Made by a program: the position numbers and the translations under genes
Origin: Octopus sinensis
Taxonomy: Eukaryota
NCBI RefSeq assembly: GCF_006345805.1
Contig: NC_043010.1
Location: 51,212,001 to 51,276,000 of the forward strand
DNA length: 64,000 nucleotides
Direction: 5' to 3'
In this document: one piece after another, positions 58,207 to 64,000 of the stretch
Numbering within the stretch: position 1 is the first letter of the stretch
Layout: each line of letters opens with the position of its first letter
Notes under the pieces: model-generated
Told to the model about the DNA's origin: nothing
What the model saw: only the letters and a program-made list of their open reading frames with translations
The model's database searches: none

Positions 58207-59830
58207 GTTGGATTTTTAAATACAGTAAAAAATCCATCTAAATAAAAAATTTAATAGAAATTATATTTTTTACTTAAGTTGATTTTTGACTATTTTAAAA
58301 AATAATCAAAAGATAGATAACACTTAGATATTGCTGTCTAGTAAGGGGTAAGTTTTGTAGCATATATATTATGAATTTTCTCCTTAAAGCATCCGAAAAT
58401 TATTTATTCTAAGAAATATAAAATGTCTGAAGGCAAATATTTAAGCGTGTCTGAGTATAACAATCTGAACTATTCTCCAGAAGTTTTAGACTTACTAAGT
58501 TCAAGATTTTTAAAAAATGGTTAAAATTTGGACATTTTTGATGGGTTTACATACAGAAGAATTTGTGTAGGTTTATACATGAAAGAAAATGGAGTTTCTA
58601 CATTCTAAAAAGACCAAGTCTCTTCCTCACTCAATCATTGTCACTTTTTAAGCAAGCAAGTTGATAATTGTCAACAAATTTGTAATTCTCTCACCCATGC
58701 CCATCACCACCTTGTCGTGATGAAGGATCTTTTATGTAAGTTATGGCAAACTGCAGTTTGCAAGACTTTCTGAATGGCACACCTAATGAAAAATTACTTT
58801 GATTTTTTTTTTTCATAGTGCAACCCATGTTGCATGCAGGCCACTTCTCGAAAAAGGCTACTTTACATGGTTATTCAGCCTACTAGAAGTACCTGTTAAA
58901 TCCCCATAAAATTAATCTCCACTGTCTAAATCAAGGCTGGAGGTATGGGAGAATATGATAATGTTGTGATAATATTGGGGGAAATGAGGTACAAAAAAAC
59001 AATCAGTAAAATACAGAGGATGAAATTACTGCTGTCAACAGCAAAATATTAACAAAAAAAAATGCCAAATATTTCATTATTAGCAATGGAAGCAGTATTA
59101 GTTCAAAATAGCAATCTTTATATTTTACTTGACATGGATATACTGTAGAAAGCCAGAGAACTGCAATATTTGTTTCGAGAAAGCATCTCATATGGATGAA
59201 TAATGCTAAAAACCACAAAAGTATATCAGTAGTAGGTGAAAAGCTTCCAGCAACGACGATGGAATTGCTAAATCTAGATTTCAGTGTCTTTGCACAGTAA
59301 CCACATGCTCAGGGAAATTTAGACTCTACTGATTTTGGAAAGAAAAAACATTGATTAACAAAACTAATGTCGCAAATAGCCAACAAGCTGGGTAAAAATT
59401 CATTATTAGTGATGGATGCAGGATTAGTTCTTGAAGAGCCTAGAAAGACCAAAGGGACTGTCCCTTTCTCTGTATTCATTAAGTAGCAAAAATGCATAAT
59501 TGCAAATAAATTTGTTGCTGATATGTATTGAAAATAACTGATACACTTATTTCTATGGAAAAAAACATCCAGCCCCTATATGTAGAGTTGCCTATTTTAT
59601 TACTGTAATCATTCATGTAGGATATTTTCACTGTGATAAGATAATAAAGTAATGCTGTTAGTAGGAGAGATTAGGAAAGTAAAGGAGAAAGTAAAATAAA
59701 ATTAGAATTAAATTAAAATAAAATTTTTAAAAAATAAGATAAAATGAAGTCCAAAGAGGTTTAATTTTCATAGGGATGTATGTGTATGTATGTATACACA
59801 CACACACACATATATATTTGTATATATATA

Positions 59831-60937
59831 CTAGTTGGTGTACCCGGTAATTCCCATGGGTAAAGATGTTCTATTGAAACACCTTATTTTTCTGATATAA
59901 GAAAGCAATTTCGTTATAACTGCCACAAAAGGTGTATTTTCCATCACGAAAAAATACAAAAAACTGTCAGCTGGAGGAGGGAGAGATTGTTGAAGGTTGG
60001 TGAGAGAGGTCTTCGGATGTTGGCGAGAAGCAAAGACCTTATTCTGCTTAGCGAAGGCATCTAGGTAATGTATAACTGCTGTCATTCACAAAAAAACTAT
60101 TGTTTTATCATGAGAAGAGTGCTATTGAAGTGTTAAGTGAAATTTGGCAATCGAGGATTGAATACATGCTATGCCTGCATGAAGCCACTAAAAATAGGTT
60201 GTGGAATAAAAAAAAATTATCTACTATCATGGAAATGTGTAACTGTAAAAATGAAGAATTATTGGAGTAATGGGCATTCAAAAAAGTATGTATGTATAGA
60301 AATGTATGAATGAAGTCTTTAATGTTTAATATTCAAATTAAGGAAGTGCAATAATAATGTTTAGCAGTTCAAAACTGTGAGTGGTGAAATGCAGAATTAG
60401 GTCGGCTGATCATGAGAATCAAATATTGATCACTTTGCTAAAATCTGCAGGTGGTATGGATTATTTCCCTTGGGTTATTTAAATAAAATATTAGTAATAT
60501 GTAGTAGATAGAAGGATCCATTGCAAGGACCCTATTATCGATTTTTTTCAACAATCTAAGTATGTCATGAGGTTTCCAGACATAAATTCTACTCATGTGT
60601 CAAATAAAGTATAAAAGTGATATTGTCAGCAAAAATTAGAAATAGGACACATAAAAATCAATATTCAAAGTAATCGAACATAAACAATGAAATGGGTTAT
60701 TTCCCTTGAGTGTTTAAAAAAATATTGTTCAGGTGCTACAGGTTATTTCCCTTGAATGTTTATATGAGGTAGATATAAAGGTCCCTTCCAGGAGCCGTAT
60801 TGTCGATTTTTTCAACAAACTACGTATGTAACGAGGTTTCCAGACATGAATTCTATTCACATATCAAATTTCATCAAAATCAATAAAATGATGTCGGAGT
60901 TAACTAACAATGCCACAAACACACACCGGTTTTCCAC

Positions 60938-60960
<23 letters not shown>
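59831..60960 (-). mobile_element. Helitron-like non-autonomous element, ~1.1 kb, with an internal duplication
   Basis: CTAG at 59831 with hairpin TACCCG...TGGGTA; 60455-60600 resembles 60740-60870; ends in (TA)n. Confidence 0.6.
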
Positions 60961-60975
<15 letters not shown>

Positions 60976-61098
60976 TCCCTATATATATATAGGGATATGA
61001 AAGTTTACAACGTTCATGGATGTAAGAGATTAAGGATAGATAAAAGATTTATGGATATGGATGTGGATATAAAAGTAGATAGGTAGATAAATAAGTAA

Positions 61099-61323
61099 GG
61101 GATCTTTTCTGTTTGGCTGCACCTCTGGAAATTTTTTAATTTGGTGTACGTGGTCAAAGTTTGCAAATTTTAAAAGCTATTACCTCTTTATTTGTTGATT
61201 TACAGTGAAAATGAATTTCATGTCAATGATTACTATACAAAACTACAGCAATACACCAATTATGAAATCACCTGAAAGAAAAATTAAAGAAATTGAAATG
61301 TGGCAGCCAAACAGAAGAGATCC
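61099..61323. mobile_element. MITE with GGATC TIRs
   Basis: GGATCTTTTCTGTTTGGCTGC...GCAGCCAAACAGAAGAGATCC. Confidence 0.75.
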
Positions 61324-62395
61324 TAAATAGATACACAGAAGGGCAGGCTGATAGATAGAATGATAGATAGATTTTTGCTTCATAGTCAACTTTACTGCTT
61401 ACTTGTTATATACAGTAATGTTTTCTGCTAGAGTTAAGGTACTTTAACAATGTTTTGTAACTTACTGCTTGATTGGTTTAAATATTGCACGCTTTAATAC
61501 ACTGAAAACATTTTTCCTGAGTATACATTACTAAAATTAGGGTGCATCGAATATTCCTGTGCGTCTTTTAGCTATCAAATACAATAATAATTTCATTATA
61601 ATCAATTCCATTTATCAATTTCAATTGTTTCTATTATCTCCCCTTCATTTTCGGACCCCCCAGCTACCAAACTCCAATATAACAACAGTACAAGACAATA
61701 CACTCCCAGATACTCCTAAACATGCAAGATTGTCATAGCTGGAATGCTTTTGGTCATGCTTTTTTCGCTCAATCAATTTTGACCTTGGGTCAAACAACAA
61801 CTATTAACTATAATGAAAATTGTTCAAAAGATCGTAATTTGAAACAACAAAATAGCGATCACAGATAGTGTTACCTTTGAAAGAGATAATGATGGAGTTA
61901 ATCTCTCATAATTCCTATAATTAACAGGGTGTGTTGTTCTCACCATAATGTCTGACACAAGTCTACAGAACGTTTTACTACCCATATAGATAGACATGTA
62001 TCCCGAGTGAGACATTAAACTGTATTTTGTGTTAAGGCTCCAACTAGGGAGTTCAGAAGATTATGAGAATATAAAGTTACCGCTTAGTTCCCAGTACTCC
62101 CAGGTCTGCAAGGCCCGGGATGTTAGTGCCTGTCAAGGGCTCCAGTTATGGGTCAAATAACAGACGATGGTTCTGTGGTTAAGGCATAAAAGTATCAGAG
62201 CGGGGTTGGTCCTTAAACATGTACTACACAGGTTACACTAGTGTGAGGATATGCCCTGCTTTTGTGTGAAACAATCACCCTGCCTAAGAGTTAAATAGAG
62301 TATCTGAAGGGTAAGCTTAGAAGAGCAAGACACTAACAGAGTTAAAGGTGGACTGATCAATGTTGAGTAGACATCTCTTACATTGAATACTAATG

Positions 62396-62880
62396 GAAGA
62401 AGGAGGAGGAGTGGCTGGGGTAGGGGAGAAGGATGAGGAGGTTGGAGAGGAGAGAGGAGGAAGAAGAAGAAGGGAAGGAGGAGGAGAAAGAAGAAGAGGA
62501 GGAGGAGGAGGAGGAAGAAGGATAAGAAAGAAGAAGAAGAAGAAGAAGAAGGTCGACTTTGCCATTCATCCTTTTGGGGTCGATTAAATAAGTACCAGTT
62601 ACGCACTGGGGTCTATATAATCGACTTAATCCGTTTGTCTGTCCTTGTTTGTCCTCTCTGTGCTTAGCCCCTTGTGTGTAGTAAAGAAATAGGTATTTCG
62701 TCTGCCGCTACGTTCTGAGTTCGAATTCCGCCGAGGTCGACTTTGGTTTTCATCCTTTCGGAGAGCGATTAAATAAGTACCAGTTACGCACTGGAGTCGA
62801 TATACTCATCTTAATCCGTTTGTCTGTCCTTGTTTGTCCCCTCTGTTTGTAGCCCCTTGTGGGCAGTAAAGAAATAAGAT
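62396..62880 (+). repeat. Polypurine (GGA/GAA)n tract followed by a duplicated family B SINE 3' part
   Basis: Purine-rich 62396-62550; Nin/Deu-like domain twice in 62551-62880. Confidence 0.8.
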
Positions 62881-62959
62881 AGGAAAGGTGGGTGTATAAG
62901 CCTTGCAATCCTGCTCAGAAACTTCCATTTTTCTAGTAAATATTACCTAGGTTTCCTAC

Positions 62960-63710
62960 ATCTGTCAGTTTGAGCCGAGACAATGTGCAAAAGGTCATCC
63001 AGATCATACTTAGAGTTTCCACTAGGGTTAATGTGAATTGTCCACAATTTTTGGTAATTGGCTATAGAGACTACAAATATATGATATTCATACATCAACA
63101 TAGACAAATTCGTAAACAGGGTGTACTGGAAACCGAATGCATCTTCCTGAAATGGGAAGATATCAGGGAACAGCCAAGCGAATTCGTGAAGCGAGAACAG
63201 ATGGGTGCGATTATTAATAAGTGATGTGTCTCACTAAGAAAGAAAATTAGAACAGAATCTGACAGTTTTAGCAAATATTTGAAACAGAGAAAGGCGCTAG
63301 TCAACTTATAAGATGTAGCAAACAGAAAAGTCATCGCTTACGATGTGCTTGCGGTTAGAGTGTCTCTTGACCACGTCCTCTAAATAAAACACGGAGAATG
63401 CATTGTTCGTGTTAGGACACATATTCTGAAGTATAAAGGATCAAAAGCTTTCGATAGACGCAAGAAGAGGGAAGAGGGCAGTGTGCCAACAAAGCGATAT
63501 TTCAATTTTTTGTGGATTTGCAGTGGGCATGTGATATTTAATTTCTCGGCGGGACCTTGCCGAAATGGTCTCGAGGAGTAACTCACTTCGGATAGTAGAC
63601 TTCGATGGCTACCTCCATAGTCAGCGGTGAATCCCATGCAAAGATGCGGGATGCTGTGAAAATCCCGATTTAATGAAGAAGCGAACTGATAGAGAGGTCT
63701 GTCCTCCAAA
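62960..63710 (-). pseudogene. Highly decayed LINE reverse transcriptase remnant
   Basis: RP-like start, FRQG and FLRLSKAFD in the order of RT motifs (GFR.G, FxDxxKAFD); weak overall. Confidence 0.45.
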
Positions 63711-64000
63711 GTTTCTAGTTACGTATTGCATTTGTTTGCTAATGTCTTAATAGCTGTCTATAGTAACTGACAGCAGGCTGGGAGCATTCCAAACCAGGGA
63801 GTAGGGGTGTGTTGAGGAAGGATCTGAACAAAGAGGAAAAAATACACAACTTCAACAACTTTTTCAAGAACCACTTGAAGAGAAAAAAAGGTTACCATAT
63901 TCTACCATCAACCTAAGGCTTCAGTAGAAGACACTTGTTCAGTGAGCTGCGAATGGAATTTGACCCGAAACCACATGGATGAGATGAGAACATCTTAAAT

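Noticed and set aside
61824-62020. Possible minus-strand exon with GTGAGA/GTAACA donors
   Set aside because: Poor acceptor, no recognisable protein, no supporting neighbouring exons

Overview
AT-rich, microsatellite- and SINE-laden eukaryotic DNA. The repeat families look like those of an octopus/cephalopod genome (inference from my recollection of the families, not a search). The one recognisable gene is a complete dymeclin (DYM) orthologue on the minus strand: 15 coding exons from ATG at 32938 to TGA at 215. All introns are GT-AG with consistent phases, giving 2037 nt / 678 aa with an N-terminal MGAAGS myristoylation-type motif. A non-coding first exon is implied but not located; a CpG-rich zone at about 52-56 kb is the best promoter candidate. 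The rest is repeats: several tRNA-derived SINE families, decayed LINEs (RTE, L1/Tx1-like, R4/Dong-like, Penelope), a Tc1 transposase remnant, piggyBac-, Merlin-, hAT- and Tc1/mariner-type MITEs, non-autonomous Helitrons, and a 73-bp LINE-derived minisatellite with higher-order structure. The most interesting signal is a set of short, often palindromic elements carrying minimal hammerhead-ribozyme cores, one of them fused to a tRNA-like head. Repeat boundaries are approximate; exon coordinates were read base by base.
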